In this document: positions 38,970-49,464 of the stretch, piece by piece
Numbering within the stretch: position 1 is the stretch's first letter
Layout of the letters: the number at the start of each line of letters is the position of its first letter
Origin: Isosphaeraceae bacterium
GTDB lineage: Bacteria; Planctomycetota; Planctomycetia; Isosphaerales; Isosphaeraceae
Assembly: GCA_965201075.1 (NCBI GenBank)
Contig: CBDAVP010000016.1
Span: 1 to 64,000, forward strand
DNA: 64,000 nucleotides
Direction of reading: 5' to 3'
The notes under the pieces: generated by a model
What the model saw: only the letters and a program-made list of their open reading frames with translations
Database searches by the model: none
What the model was told of the DNA's origin: nothing
Made by a program: the position numbers and the translations under genes

Positions 38970-40697
38970 ATGGCCAAGCAAGCTCGCGACTGGAAAGAGA
39001 TCCTGGTCCGCCGCGGGATCGTCGGCCCCGACCAGATGAAGGAGGCCGACGGCTCTGGGGGCTCGATCGAGGATGCGTTGGCCCGGCTCGGCTATGCCGA
39101 CTCCGAACAGATCATGAAGGCCAAGGCCGAGCAGTTCGGTTTTGACTTCGTGGACCTTCATGACATCGACATCCCGCCGGCCGTCGTCGAACTGGTGCCC
39201 GAGTCCGTGGCCCGCGACAACATTGTGATGCCGTTGATTCAGGAAGGCGGCACGATCAAGGTCATCATGCATGACCCGATGGACTTCGACACCATCGACA
39301 AACTGCGGTTCGTGCTGAACCGGGAGATCGAGGTCGCCCTCGCTCCGAAAGAGGCGATCGTCGAGGCGATCAACCGCTATTACGGCAGTGCCACGACCGA
39401 GACCGAGTCGGTGGACTCGATGCTTCAGGAGTTCACCGATACCGCCATCGACTACAACGACGACGGCGGCGTGACGCGGGCCGGCTCGTCGGCCAACACC
39501 CTGGAGGAAGGGGATGCCCCGATCATCCGCCTGGTCCACCTGGTCATCCAGGAGGCTGTGAACGAGCGGGCTTCGGACATCCACATCGAGCCATTCGCCG
39601 ACCGGGTCCGCATCCGCTACCGAATCGACGGCGTTTGCATGGAGCGCGACTCGCCCCCCCGACGACTTCTCGGGCCGATCATCAGCCGTATCAAGATCAT
39701 GGGCTCGATCGACATCGCCGAGAAACGACGCCCCCAGGACGGACGGATCAAGATCCACGTCGCGGGGAAGGACATCGACCTGCGTGTCAGCATCCTCCCA
39801 ACCAATCATGGTCAGTCCGTCGTGATGCGGATTCTCGACCGCGAGAATATCAAGGTCGGGCTGAAAGATCTGGGGTTCGGTGACGAGGATTACAAAAAGT
39901 TCAACTCATTAATCAAGCGGCCCAACGGAATCTTGCTGGTGACGGGGCCGACGGGATCGGGGAAGACGACCACCCTGTACGCCGCCCTGAACGAGTTGAA
40001 CCGGCCCGACGTGAAAATCATCACGGCCGAGGACCCAGTGGAATACTACCTTCCCGGGATCAACCAGTGCGAGGTCCGGGCCAAGATCGGGATGACTTTC
40101 GCGCGGATCATCCGTGCGATGCTGAGGCAGAACCCGAACATCCTCCTGGTGGGCGAGATTCGCGATGAAGAGACCGCGAACACGGCGATTCAGGCCTCAC
40201 TGACGGGACACCTGGTTTTCAGTACGCTGCACACGAACGATGCGCCCAGTGCCATTACAAGACTCGTCGATATCGGGGTGCAGCCGTTCCTGGTGGCCAG
40301 TTCGATCATGGGAGTTTTGGCGCAGCGTTTGGTCCGCAAGGTGTGCCCGAAATGCCGGGTGCGATACGAGCCTCCGGCATCGCTCTTGCATGGCCTCGGC
40401 CTGCGGCCGGAACTGGCCAAAAAAGCCAACTTCATGAAAGGTAAGGGTTGTAACTACTGCAAGAAGTCGGGGTATCGGGGGAGGATGGGTATCTACGAGA
40501 TGATGATGATGACCAGCGCGATTCGCGAGCTGGCGTTCAAGGGAGAACCGACCCAGGTCATTCGTAAAGCGGCTCGCAAGCAGGGGATGCGCACGCTTTA
40601 CGAGGATGGGATGGTGAAGGCGCTCAAGGGCGTGACGACCATCGACGAGGTTTTGCGGATCACCCACCGGGAGCAAGCGGCGGGAGCGGCATCCTGA
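38970..40697 (+). CDS. pilB: Type IV pilus/T2SS assembly ATPase (PilB/GspE), copy 1
   Basis: ASDIHIEP, GPTGSGKTT, EDPVEY, LVGEIRD, TGHLVFSTLHTND and CxxC...CxxC motifs. Confidence 0.93.
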   Translation: MAKQARDWKEILVRRGIVGPDQMKEADGSGGSIEDALARLGYADSEQIMKAKAEQFGFDFVDLHDIDIPPAVVELVPESVARDNIVMPLIQEGGTIKVIMHDPMDFDTIDKLRFVLNREIEVALAPKEAIVEAINRYYGSATTETESVDSMLQEFTDTAIDYNDDGGVTRAGSSANTLEEGDAPIIRLVHLVIQEAVNERASDIHIEPFADRVRIRYRIDGVCMERDSPPRRLLGPIISRIKIMGSIDIAEKRRPQDGRIKIHVAGKDIDLRVSILPTNHGQSVVMRILDRENIKVGLKDLGFGDEDYKKFNSLIKRPNGILLVTGPTGSGKTTTLYAALNELNRPDVKIITAEDPVEYYLPGINQCEVRAKIGMTFARIIRAMLRQNPNILLVGEIRDEETANTAIQASLTGHLVFSTLHTNDAPSAITRLVDIGVQPFLVASSIMGVLAQRLVRKVCPKCRVRYEPPASLLHGLGLRPELAKKANFMKGKGCNYCKKSGYRGRMGIYEMMMMTSAIRELAFKGEPTQVIRKAARKQGMRTLYEDGMVKALKGVTTIDEVLRITHREQAAGAAS

Positions 40698-41014
40698 GCT
40701 TGATTGGTTGCGAGCGAGTGGGCGCGCTGATTCCCAAATGCGAGAATCGGACCTTGTTCGATTGCGGTTTGGGGATGGACACCCTCGCCCCGGATCGTCG
40801 CAACGGGAGCGAGTGGGGCCGACGGGTTTGCTTGATAATCCGGTGGTCCCTCGAATAATGCGAAGTGCCGGGCGAAGGGGCGTTCCGCTCTCCAAGTCCT
40901 GGCACTTTCCCTTCGTTTGCCGAGACATTTGAATCCGAGATTTCTTCCGGGCCGGCCGGTGCGGTCCCGGGTCTTGGTGCGCGACTCACCTGGTCGATGT
41001 GGGGACGGGGCTTC

Positions 41015-42130
41015 ATGGGCACGCTGCTCATCGACAAATTGTTGCAGACGGCTGTCACTCAGCGGGCCAGCGACCTGCACCTGACGGTGGGGAGCCAGCC
41101 GGTCTTGCGGCTTCACGGCCACATGCGACCGTTGGCGACCAAGATTCTGGAGCCGGCGGACACCGTCGCCCTGATGAAGAGCATCACGCCGGAGCGCTGT
41201 CAGCAGGAATTGCAGGAGGTGGGGGGGACCGACTTTGGTTTTGCCTTTGGCGAACTGGCGCGGTTCCGGGTCGCGATCTACAAGCAGCGCGGCAATATCG
41301 GGTTGGTGCTGCGACGGATTCCCAACGAGTTTCTAACCTTTCAGCAGCTTGGTTTGCCGTCGGTCATTGAGCAGTTGATTACCCGGCCACGCGGCTTGAT
41401 TCTGGTGACCGGGCCGACGGGGTCGGGCAAGACGACCAGCCTGGCGAGCATGATTAACTGGATCAACCAGAACCTCGACCGGCATATCATCACGATTGAA
41501 GACCCGATCGAATACTTTCACAAGCATCAGAAGTCACTCGTGAATCAGCGGGAGATCGGCATCGACGTGCCGGACTTTCCCGAGGCGATTCGCCGGGCGT
41601 TGCGGATGGACCCCGACATCATTCTGGTGGGTGAGATGCGGGACCTGGCGACGATCTCGGCGGCGATCACCGCGGCCGAGACGGGACACATTGTCTTCGG
41701 CACCTTGCACACGAATTCGGCCGAGGGCACGGTCAACCGCATCATCGACGTGTTCCCCAAGGAGCAGCAGGACCAGATTCGCACGCAGTTATCGGTGGCG
41801 ATCATCGGTATCCTGGCTCAGTCCCTGCTACCTCGCAAACCGAAGGGTTTGGTGGCGGCTTATGAGATGCTGGTGATCACCGCGGCGATCTCGAACCTGA
41901 TCCGCGAGAACAAGACATACCGCATTGACTCGTCGATTCAGACCGGGCGCAAGCACGGGATGATTTTGATGGATGATTCGCTGTTCAATCTTTGGAAGCA
42001 GGGGATCGTCGACGAGTCAGAGGTTCTGTTCAAGGCCCGGAAGCCGAATGACCTCCGCGAGCGGATCGAGATGGCCAAGCGCGGCATCTTCGAGGACGAG
42101 CCGGAGGAAGAGGACGACGACAAGAAGTAA
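41015..42130 (+). CDS. pilT: Retraction ATPase PilT
   Basis: ASDLHL, GPTGSGKTT, EDPIEY, ALRMDPDIILVGEMRD, AETGH and the AIRNLIRE-like AISNLIRE motif. Confidence 0.93.
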   Translation: MGTLLIDKLLQTAVTQRASDLHLTVGSQPVLRLHGHMRPLATKILEPADTVALMKSITPERCQQELQEVGGTDFGFAFGELARFRVAIYKQRGNIGLVLRRIPNEFLTFQQLGLPSVIEQLITRPRGLILVTGPTGSGKTTSLASMINWINQNLDRHIITIEDPIEYFHKHQKSLVNQREIGIDVPDFPEAIRRALRMDPDIILVGEMRDLATISAAITAAETGHIVFGTLHTNSAEGTVNRIIDVFPKEQQDQIRTQLSVAIIGILAQSLLPRKPKGLVAAYEMLVITAAISNLIRENKTYRIDSSIQTGRKHGMILMDDSLFNLWKQGIVDESEVLFKARKPNDLRERIEMAKRGIFEDEPEEEDDDKK

Positions 42131-42196
42131 CGTGCGACGGCTCTCGACGACGACACCCTTGACCTTCAACGACCCCTGGACGCGGAACGCACCGAC

Positions 42197-43915
42197 ATGG
42201 CCAAGCGCATCGGTACCATCCTGATCGACATGGGCTTCCTCGACGAGGAAGGCCTGATGGAAGCGATCGAGGAGCAGAAGGGCTCGGGCGAGGAGCTTTT
42301 CGGCAAGGTCGCGGTGCGTCTGGGGAAAGTGACCGAGGACCAGGTGCTGCGGGCCCTGGGCGAGCAGTTTGGGATGAAGGTCGTGCGGCTGGCCGACCTG
42401 ACGATTCCTCCCGATGCGTTGGAATTGGTCAACGAGACGATGGCTCAGGCGTTCAAGGTGGTGCCGATCGCGGTGGCGAGGAAGGACAAAAGCGTCACCG
42501 TGGCGATGGCTGATCCGCAGAACCCATCGACGCTGGACAGTTTGAAGTCGTTCCTGGGAGTCGAGGTGCGCGGGGCGGTGGCTTCGGAGAAGGATGTGCT
42601 GGCGGCGATCGAGCGGGTTTACGCCGGCAAGCAGGAGTCGATTCAGGACGTCGTCAAGCAGATCGAGAGCGACAAGGGGCTCAACCAGTTCTCGAACCGG
42701 AGCGAGACGACGATCGACCTGGAGGCGATCGAGGAGATGGCCGAGGCGGCCCCGGTGCGCAAACTCTTGAACATGGTGCTACTGCTGGCGATCAAGGATA
42801 AGGCTTCGGACATTCATTTCGAGCCGTTCGAGGACGAGTACAAGATGCGGTATCGGGTGGACGGCGTGCTCTACGAGCTGGTGCCGCCTCCCCGCCACCT
42901 GGCCCCGGCAATTTCCAGCCGGATCAAGGTCATGTCGAATCTGGACATCGCCGAGCGACGGCTGCCGCAGGACGGGCGAATTGAGCTGAACATCGGTGGC
43001 AACTCGGTGGACATCCGCGTTTCGACCCTGCCGACGCTGTTCGGCGAGAGCGTCGTCTTGCGGATTCTGGACCGGACGGTCGTGCAGCTTGACCTGAACA
43101 AGGTCGGAATGTTCCCCGGCGTGCTGAAGACCTGGCGGGAGGTCATCAAGCGGCCCAACGGGATCATCCTGGTGACCGGGCCGACGTCCTCGGGCAAGAC
43201 CACCACGCTGTACGCGACCTTGAACGAGTTGAATGAGATCACCGAGAAGATCATCACCACCGAGGAGCCGGTGGAGTATGACATCGACGGCCTGATCCAA
43301 GTGCCGATCAACGCCGATATTGGCGTGACCTTCGGCGCGTGTCTGCGAGCGATCTTGCGGCAGGACCCCGACAAGATCCTGGTGGGGGAGATTCGCGATC
43401 TGGAGACCTGCGAGATCGCCGTGCAGGCGTCGCTGACCGGTCACGTCGTCTTCAGCACCTTGCACACCAACGACGCTCCCTCGGCCGTGACCCGGCTGCG
43501 AGACATGGGTCTGCCCACGTTCCTGATCACCGCCACCTGCGAGGCGGTGCTGGCCCAGCGGCTGGTGAGGAAGATCTGCACCGCGTGTCGAACAGACTTC
43601 CAGCCGAGCCCCGAGATCTGCATGGAACTGGGGATGACCGTCGAGCAGGCCTCGACCAAGAAATTTTTCTATGGGCGGGGCTGCGACCGCTGCAACAACA
43701 CCGGCTACAAAGGCCGTATGGGGATTTACGAACTCGTTGTCATGAACGAGGAGTTGCGCGACCTGATCGTCGCCGAGACGTCGCTGGACGACTTCCGCGA
43801 CGCCTGCAAGCGCAATGGGATGCAGACGCTGCGAGAGTGCGGAATGGAAGCGATCCACACGGGAATGACCAGCGTCGAGGAAGTCATCAAGGCGACCATG
43901 CAGGAAGATGCGTGA
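42197..43915 (+). CDS. pilB: Type IV pilus/T2SS assembly ATPase (PilB/GspE), copy 2
   Basis: N-terminal KRIGTILIDMG (MshEN-like), ASDIHFEP, GPTSSGKTT, LRQDPD and a tetracysteine motif. Confidence 0.92.
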   Translation: MAKRIGTILIDMGFLDEEGLMEAIEEQKGSGEELFGKVAVRLGKVTEDQVLRALGEQFGMKVVRLADLTIPPDALELVNETMAQAFKVVPIAVARKDKSVTVAMADPQNPSTLDSLKSFLGVEVRGAVASEKDVLAAIERVYAGKQESIQDVVKQIESDKGLNQFSNRSETTIDLEAIEEMAEAAPVRKLLNMVLLLAIKDKASDIHFEPFEDEYKMRYRVDGVLYELVPPPRHLAPAISSRIKVMSNLDIAERRLPQDGRIELNIGGNSVDIRVSTLPTLFGESVVLRILDRTVVQLDLNKVGMFPGVLKTWREVIKRPNGIILVTGPTSSGKTTTLYATLNELNEITEKIITTEEPVEYDIDGLIQVPINADIGVTFGACLRAILRQDPDKILVGEIRDLETCEIAVQASLTGHVVFSTLHTNDAPSAVTRLRDMGLPTFLITATCEAVLAQRLVRKICTACRTDFQPSPEICMELGMTVEQASTKKFFYGRGCDRCNNTGYKGRMGIYELVVMNEELRDLIVAETSLDDFRDACKRNGMQTLRECGMEAIHTGMTSVEEVIKATMQEDA

Positions 43916-43983
43916 GTCCGGGTCGGGCGTGAGCCCTGGCGGCCGCAGTTACACCAACGATCGCGATCGCGGGGAGGCCGAGG

Positions 43984-45237
43984 ATGCCGACGTTCCAGTA
44001 TGAAGCGATGGACCACACCGGCAAGGAAGTCAAGGACAGCATCGACGCCTCCACTCAGGAGGAGGCCCAGCAACTGATCCGCCAGAAGGGCTTCTTCGTC
44101 ACCAAGATCGCCGAGAAGGTCGGCAAGAAGAAGAAGGGCGGACCCGAGAAGCGGCGGACCGGCTCCCGCAAGAAAAAAGCGTTCACGATCGGCAAGATTT
44201 CGAACAAGCATCTCTGCACGTTCACCCGTCAGCTTTCCACGTTGCAGGACGCCGGCCTTCCGGTGCTGCGGAGCCTGCGCATCCTGGAAGGGCAGTGCAA
44301 GGCGGGGGTGCTCAAGAATGCCCTGGGAGACGTGGTCGAGGACATCGAGAGCGGCCAGACGCTTTCCGAGGCGTTCAGCAAGCATCCCAAGGCGTTCGAC
44401 CGTCTCTACTGCAACATGATCAAGGCGGGCGAGGCTGGCGGTGCGTTGGAGGCGATTCTCCAGCGACTGGCGGACTTCAAGGAGAAGTCGCAGTCGCTGA
44501 AGCGGCGGATCAAGTCGGCGATGATCTACCCGTTGGTGGTCATCAGCGTGGCGGTGTTGATCGTCGGGTTCATCCTTTACTACATCGTGCCCCAGTTCAA
44601 GAAGATCTTCGACGACTTCGGCCTGCCCCTGCCGGCGATGACCCAGTTCCTGATCGAGGCCAGCAACATCGTCGTGAAGCGCTGGTACTTGCTGCCGCTG
44701 GTGCCGACGGTGGTGTGGATCTTGATCAAACTGACAAGGCGGAACAAGTCGGGGGCGTACTTCCTCGATAAGGTGATGCTTTTGATTCCGGTGATGGGGG
44801 CGATCGTTGAGAAGTCGACGGTGGCCCGCACGATGCGAACTCTGGGGACCTTGGTGCAATCGGGCGTGCCGATCCTCGAGGCGCTGAGCATCGTCCGCGA
44901 CACCGCCGGCAATGCCGTCTTTGAAAATGCCTTCACGAGAATCTATGAAAGCATCCGCGAGGGCGAGACGATCGCTCAGCCGTTGCGGGAGGCGCGAATC
45001 GTCGACGACATCGTGGTCAACATGATCGACGTCGGCGAGGAGACGGGCGACCTCGACAGCATGCTCAACAAGATCGCCGATAACTATGACGAAGAGGTGG
45101 AAACGCTGGTGGAAGGGCTGGTGAGCCTGCTGGAGCCGTTGATGATCGTCGTCCTGGGCGGCATCATCGGATTCATCGTCATCGCCCTGTTCCTGCCCCT
45201 GGTCAACCTCATCAGCAGCCTCAGCGGCGGCAAGTAG
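43984..45237 (+). CDS. pilC: Inner-membrane platform protein PilC/GspF
   Basis: FTRQLSTLQDAGLP, AGEAGGAL, SAMIYP, GEETGDLD and LLEPLMI motifs. Confidence 0.95.
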   Translation: MPTFQYEAMDHTGKEVKDSIDASTQEEAQQLIRQKGFFVTKIAEKVGKKKKGGPEKRRTGSRKKKAFTIGKISNKHLCTFTRQLSTLQDAGLPVLRSLRILEGQCKAGVLKNALGDVVEDIESGQTLSEAFSKHPKAFDRLYCNMIKAGEAGGALEAILQRLADFKEKSQSLKRRIKSAMIYPLVVISVAVLIVGFILYYIVPQFKKIFDDFGLPLPAMTQFLIEASNIVVKRWYLLPLVPTVVWILIKLTRRNKSGAYFLDKVMLLIPVMGAIVEKSTVARTMRTLGTLVQSGVPILEALSIVRDTAGNAVFENAFTRIYESIREGETIAQPLREARIVDDIVVNMIDVGEETGDLDSMLNKIADNYDEEVETLVEGLVSLLEPLMIVVLGGIIGFIVIALFLPLVNLISSLSGGK

Positions 45238-45427
45238 GCCGGCCGCCCGGAAAACGCGGTCCCATCCGGCTCCTTGGCGTCACGAAGGGCCGGGTGGGAC
45301 GTAGGATGACCACCCTTCGCCTGCCCCGCTCGACGGAAACGCACCGAACCGACGAACTCGCGACCCGCATTCTCTCGGCACAGGCCCTTGGTGTCTGGTC
45401 TCGCCGGCGCATCAGGAGATTTGAACG

Positions 45428-46687
45428 ATGACCCGCACGAATCGCTCGCGACGACGACGAGGCTTTACCCTGGTCGAGGTTCTGACGGTCTTCGTGATCA
45501 TCGGGATCCTCACGGCGATCCTCCTGCCGGCGATCGGCAACGCCGTTGGCGCGGCCAAGAACGCGGCCGTTCTCGCCGAGATGAACCAGCTTGGCCAGGC
45601 CCTGCAAACGTTCAAGAACCGGTACGGAGAGTTTCCCCCGAGCCGGATCATGCTGTGCGAGAACACTTATTACAATATCCTCTCCACCGCCCAGTTGGAT
45701 AGTCCCCCGTCGTCCTGGTATGCCACCTCGGCGACGGGCGTCCCCAACTATCCCGATCCGACGACCTACGACGACCTGACCTACGGCCAGTTGGCGGTGC
45801 GGTCGTTGGGCTACCTGCGGAAGTTCTGGCCGCGAGCCCAGGCGCTCGATTCGACCTCGGGGGCGTCGGCTCAATCGGCGTTCCAGACCAACTCCACCCT
45901 GGCCCTCTCGACGTCGCCCACTTACTGGCCGGACTTCAATGGCGACGGCGTTTGCCAGGCCAACCCGATCTTGCTGCAAGGGGGGGAGTGCCTGGCGTTT
46001 TTCCTGGGGGGCCTGCCCAGCACGGCGAGCGTTTCCACTGGTTTCTCGACGGGGGGGGCGATGACGGGGTTCTCCAAGAGCCCGCAGTATCCGTTCGTCA
46101 ACGACGCCATCCCCAACCAGTTGTCGACCACCATCGCGGTTCCCCGCGACACGGCCCTGTTCGAGTTCAAGGGGGACCGGCTCGTCGACGACGACCTCGA
46201 CAGCATTCCCGGCTATGTTGACTCGCTGGGCTCGGTCTCCAGCGGCAACGCGACGTATTACGCGTACTTCAGCGCTTACGGAGCGACGGGGGCCAATGGT
46301 GGCTATGACCCCAACGACAACAACTCCGCCGCCGAGATTGGCATCCTGGCGACCTTCCGCACGACGTTCCTGGCCGGCCCGTCGGGCAGCCAGGCCAACT
46401 CGGTCCAGTCGCCCGCGCCCAACCCGTACACCTCCAGCTTCCCGGTCCCGACCAGCACGGGGACCAGCTCGCCTCCGGCGTCCTACCTGAACCCACAGAC
46501 GTTCCAGATCATCTCCGCCGGCAGCGACCGCGTCTTTGGGTTCGGTGGCCAGTACATCGCCAACGCCCCGGGGAGCCGACTGCCCGTGAACTCGCTCATG
46601 AGTGGGACTTATCAGGGATCCCCGCTGTCGGATCGGGCTTTTGAGAAGGACAACCTCACCAACTTCAACGGCAGCAAGCTCGAGTGA
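45428..46687 (+). CDS. Large prepilin-like protein (419 aa, GspG-like position)
   Basis: RRRRG|FTLVEVL type III signal; C-terminal FQIISAGSD..FG...DNLTNF. Confidence 0.88.
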   Translation: MTRTNRSRRRRGFTLVEVLTVFVIIGILTAILLPAIGNAVGAAKNAAVLAEMNQLGQALQTFKNRYGEFPPSRIMLCENTYYNILSTAQLDSPPSSWYATSATGVPNYPDPTTYDDLTYGQLAVRSLGYLRKFWPRAQALDSTSGASAQSAFQTNSTLALSTSPTYWPDFNGDGVCQANPILLQGGECLAFFLGGLPSTASVSTGFSTGGAMTGFSKSPQYPFVNDAIPNQLSTTIAVPRDTALFEFKGDRLVDDDLDSIPGYVDSLGSVSSGNATYYAYFSAYGATGANGGYDPNDNNSAAEIGILATFRTTFLAGPSGSQANSVQSPAPNPYTSSFPVPTSTGTSSPPASYLNPQTFQIISAGSDRVFGFGGQYIANAPGSRLPVNSLMSGTYQGSPLSDRAFEKDNLTNFNGSKLE

Positions 46688-46774
46688 ACCGGGTTTCCCC
46701 GAGGTGAGGTGGGCGGCGCGGGTCTCGCCCCCTCGGTCCGGTGGCTCAACGCGATGCGAAAGGTGGCGTGAGGC

Positions 46775-48157
46775 ATGAGACGGCAGGTTCCCCTAGCCCG
46801 GACCGGATTTACCCTGGTCGAAATGCTGGCGGTCATGGCGATCATCGGCATCCTGCTGGCGTTCATCCTCAACGCGGCGTTTGCCGGCGTGGAGTACACC
46901 AAGCTCCAGGCGACCCGGGAACTGATCGCCAAGCTCGACGTGGCGATCGCCGACCGCCTTGATGCCCTGCTGAGCATCACGCCGACCGTCACCCCGTTCC
47001 ATTCGCTTTTGGCATCGAGTGGTGGCCTCAACTCCAGCCCCCAGCGGGCCGAGGTTTTCGCCCAGGCGGATTTGCTCCGGGGCGAATTGTCCGACTGTTT
47101 CTTTTACGACCCCACGGATACCAGCTATCCGGTCAAATTCGCTTCGGATTTCACGGTGGCACCCTACTCGACCTTGATCGCGAACATCAGCCCGCTGAGT
47201 GACCCCAACACCTTGCCGATGGGGATCACCGACGCGGGACAGCCGGCGCAGGGGGTGTATGGGGCGTCGTTCACGGCTCGCGGGGCGATCATGAAGAACC
47301 TGGGAGTCACGAATTACGAATATGACGGGATCGACAACAACCAGGATGGGAATGTCGACGAGTTTGGGGACCTTCCCTCCGGAGCGACCGCCACCACGAC
47401 CATCACCGCCGTTCAGACAGCCTTGAACCTGCACACCCACAAGACCGCCCGGGCCGAGGTGCTCTACGCGAGTCTGCTGGAAGGGCTCGGCCCCCTCGGC
47501 AGCGTCTTCACCGCCGATGACTTCCTCGGTCGCGAGATCCAGGACACCGACGGCGATGGCCTGCCGGAACTGGTCGATGCCTGGGACCAGCCGCTCCAGT
47601 TCTATCGCTGGCCAGTCTATTACGATTCGGACACTCAGAAAGGGTTCTACCCCTACGGCGGGATCGCCGAGGACCGCGACCAGGACCCCCTGGACCCAAA
47701 CCGTCAGCTCGTCGCCCCGGCCTGGTATCTCAACAGTTCGGGCACCGCTCCCAATCCGGGTGACAATGCCCAGCTTTTCCAGTCGGTGTTTTACTCTTTG
47801 ACCGACCCGCTGACCAACAATTCGCCGTCGTCGGGCCCGATGTGGGACCGGAGTGGGACGTATGGACGTCGAGCCTATGCCGTGCGGCCGTTGATCGTCT
47901 CCAGCGGCCCCGACCAGTTGTTGGGCCTGGGGCAACTGGGGTTTGACTACTCGGCCTACGGCGGTGCCGCGCCGCTGGCCGTCTCCGGTCGAGCCATCTT
48001 GAGCGTCGAGAACCAGGCGGCCAAGGCCGACCCGAATCGGAATTCCACGAACCCCGAGCAGGTCGACCTGACCACGGCCACTTCGCTGTTGATTCAGTCC
48101 TGGGCCCTGGACGACATCTCGAACCAGAACCTGCCCAATCCCGGAGGGCCACGCTGA
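46775..48157 (+). CDS. Large prepilin-like protein (460 aa)
   Basis: G|FTLVEML signal; GspG-like DAWDQPL and PLIVSSGPD motifs; DxDxDG loops. Confidence 0.88.
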   Translation: MRRQVPLARTGFTLVEMLAVMAIIGILLAFILNAAFAGVEYTKLQATRELIAKLDVAIADRLDALLSITPTVTPFHSLLASSGGLNSSPQRAEVFAQADLLRGELSDCFFYDPTDTSYPVKFASDFTVAPYSTLIANISPLSDPNTLPMGITDAGQPAQGVYGASFTARGAIMKNLGVTNYEYDGIDNNQDGNVDEFGDLPSGATATTTITAVQTALNLHTHKTARAEVLYASLLEGLGPLGSVFTADDFLGREIQDTDGDGLPELVDAWDQPLQFYRWPVYYDSDTQKGFYPYGGIAEDRDQDPLDPNRQLVAPAWYLNSSGTAPNPGDNAQLFQSVFYSLTDPLTNNSPSSGPMWDRSGTYGRRAYAVRPLIVSSGPDQLLGLGQLGFDYSAYGGAAPLAVSGRAILSVENQAAKADPNRNSTNPEQVDLTTATSLLIQSWALDDISNQNLPNPGGPR

Positions 48158-49464
48158 TGTCGCCGGAACGCCGCCGCGTCCTTCGCGGGTTCACCCTGGT
48201 TGAACTGCTGGTGGTCGTGGCCATCATCGGGCTGGTTTCGGCGGCCACCCTGCCGGCGATCCTGCCGGCGCTGGCTAATCGCCAGGCCACCGACGCGGCC
48301 AGCATCCTCCAGGCCGCCCTGGCCAACGCGAGGGACTCGGCCGCCCGCACGCGGGCCCCCGTCGGCCTTAGGTTCCTGCGAGACCAGTCGTTGGCGCTGC
48401 GAGACTCAGGCGCTCCCCCGGTGATTCTCGGGTTCAGCAGCTTCGTCGCGACCCGGACCGCCCCGGATTATTCCGAGGGACTGGTGTCCGTGCAGGTTCT
48501 CGCCACTGGTCAATTGGCCTCCACCTCGATGGCGACGTTCTCCAGCGGGGCGGTCACGGCGGTCACGCCTTTGACGGTCTATGGGCCGCCGCAAACGGCC
48601 AGCGGCACGGTCCTTCCCCCAACGTCCTGGTACTGGAACATCCGCCGAGGGGAGAAGATTCGATTCAACAACTCGGGTCCCTTTTACACCATCGTCGGAC
48701 CTATGGCGGCCGGGGGCATCGGCACGACCGCTTCGATGGTGTGGAACTCCACCAACAACCCGGAAGGCTACGTCAACGAGGGGCTGCCCGGCGTCACCCC
48801 GACCGGCCCTAGCGGCGCCGAGTTCCTTTATCTGACCGACGGCAAGGACAACTTCGTCACCGCCGGCAGCATCACCGTTCCGTACGCCAAGTCGGGTTAC
48901 GATGGCTATGTCGATGAGCTGTTCGACGGGATGGACAACAACGGCGATGGCACGGTGGATGACCTCAACGAATGGGAGCCCGATACCCTCGCGGTTTCGG
49001 TCCCGAACCTCAGCACCTACTCGATCTCCCGACGCCCGGCCCTCGACTCCCGCTCGCGAGTGACCGCCCTGCCCGCCGAGATCGTCATCGACGCGACCAC
49101 TTATAACTCGACGCTGGAACGATCGCGGCTGCCGATCGACTTCAATAACCTGGCCTACTTCGACATTCTCTTCGCACCCAATGGCCAGGTAACGACGAAC
49201 TTGCCGTATGCCGGAACGGCTTCACTGCCGACCTCCCCGTTCTTTCACTTCTGGCTGACCGACCGGGACGGGGTGACTGAACCCACCGGGACGGTTTACC
49301 CCAGCCTGCCGACGCCGTTTTCCGGGCTGAAGGGAGAACGGCGGCTGGTGACGATTCAGACCAAATCGGGTCTGGTCTCGGTCAACCTCCTCGAAACCTT
49401 CGACGGCACTGACGCCTATGCCCCGTACCGAGACGCCCAGAACGGCGTGAGGGACAAGCTATGA
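48157..49464 (+). CDS. Large prepilin-like protein (435 aa, FimT/GspH-like)
   Basis: G|FTLVELL signal; LQAALANARDSAA helix and ILFAPNGQV, typical of GspH/FimT. Confidence 0.85.
   Translation: MSPERRRVLRGFTLVELLVVVAIIGLVSAATLPAILPALANRQATDAASILQAALANARDSAARTRAPVGLRFLRDQSLALRDSGAPPVILGFSSFVATRTAPDYSEGLVSVQVLATGQLASTSMATFSSGAVTAVTPLTVYGPPQTASGTVLPPTSWYWNIRRGEKIRFNNSGPFYTIVGPMAAGGIGTTASMVWNSTNNPEGYVNEGLPGVTPTGPSGAEFLYLTDGKDNFVTAGSITVPYAKSGYDGYVDELFDGMDNNGDGTVDDLNEWEPDTLAVSVPNLSTYSISRRPALDSRSRVTALPAEIVIDATTYNSTLERSRLPIDFNNLAYFDILFAPNGQVTTNLPYAGTASLPTSPFFHFWLTDRDGVTEPTGTVYPSLPTPFSGLKGERRLVTIQTKSGLVSVNLLETFDGTDAYAPYRDAQNGVRDKL

Noticed and set aside
35883..39809. 1308-aa minus-strand ORF and other long antisense ORFs (e.g. 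33385-35349, 61219-63672, 22052-23416)
   Set aside because: These are shadow ORFs antisense to clear genes (ppdK/pilB, fusA, GH2/ECF, oxidoreductase), as expected in high-GC DNA.
45376..45392. Possible sigma-54 promoter before the first pilin (GGCACAGGCCCTTGG)
   Set aside because: It lacks the GC at the -12 position with correct spacing.
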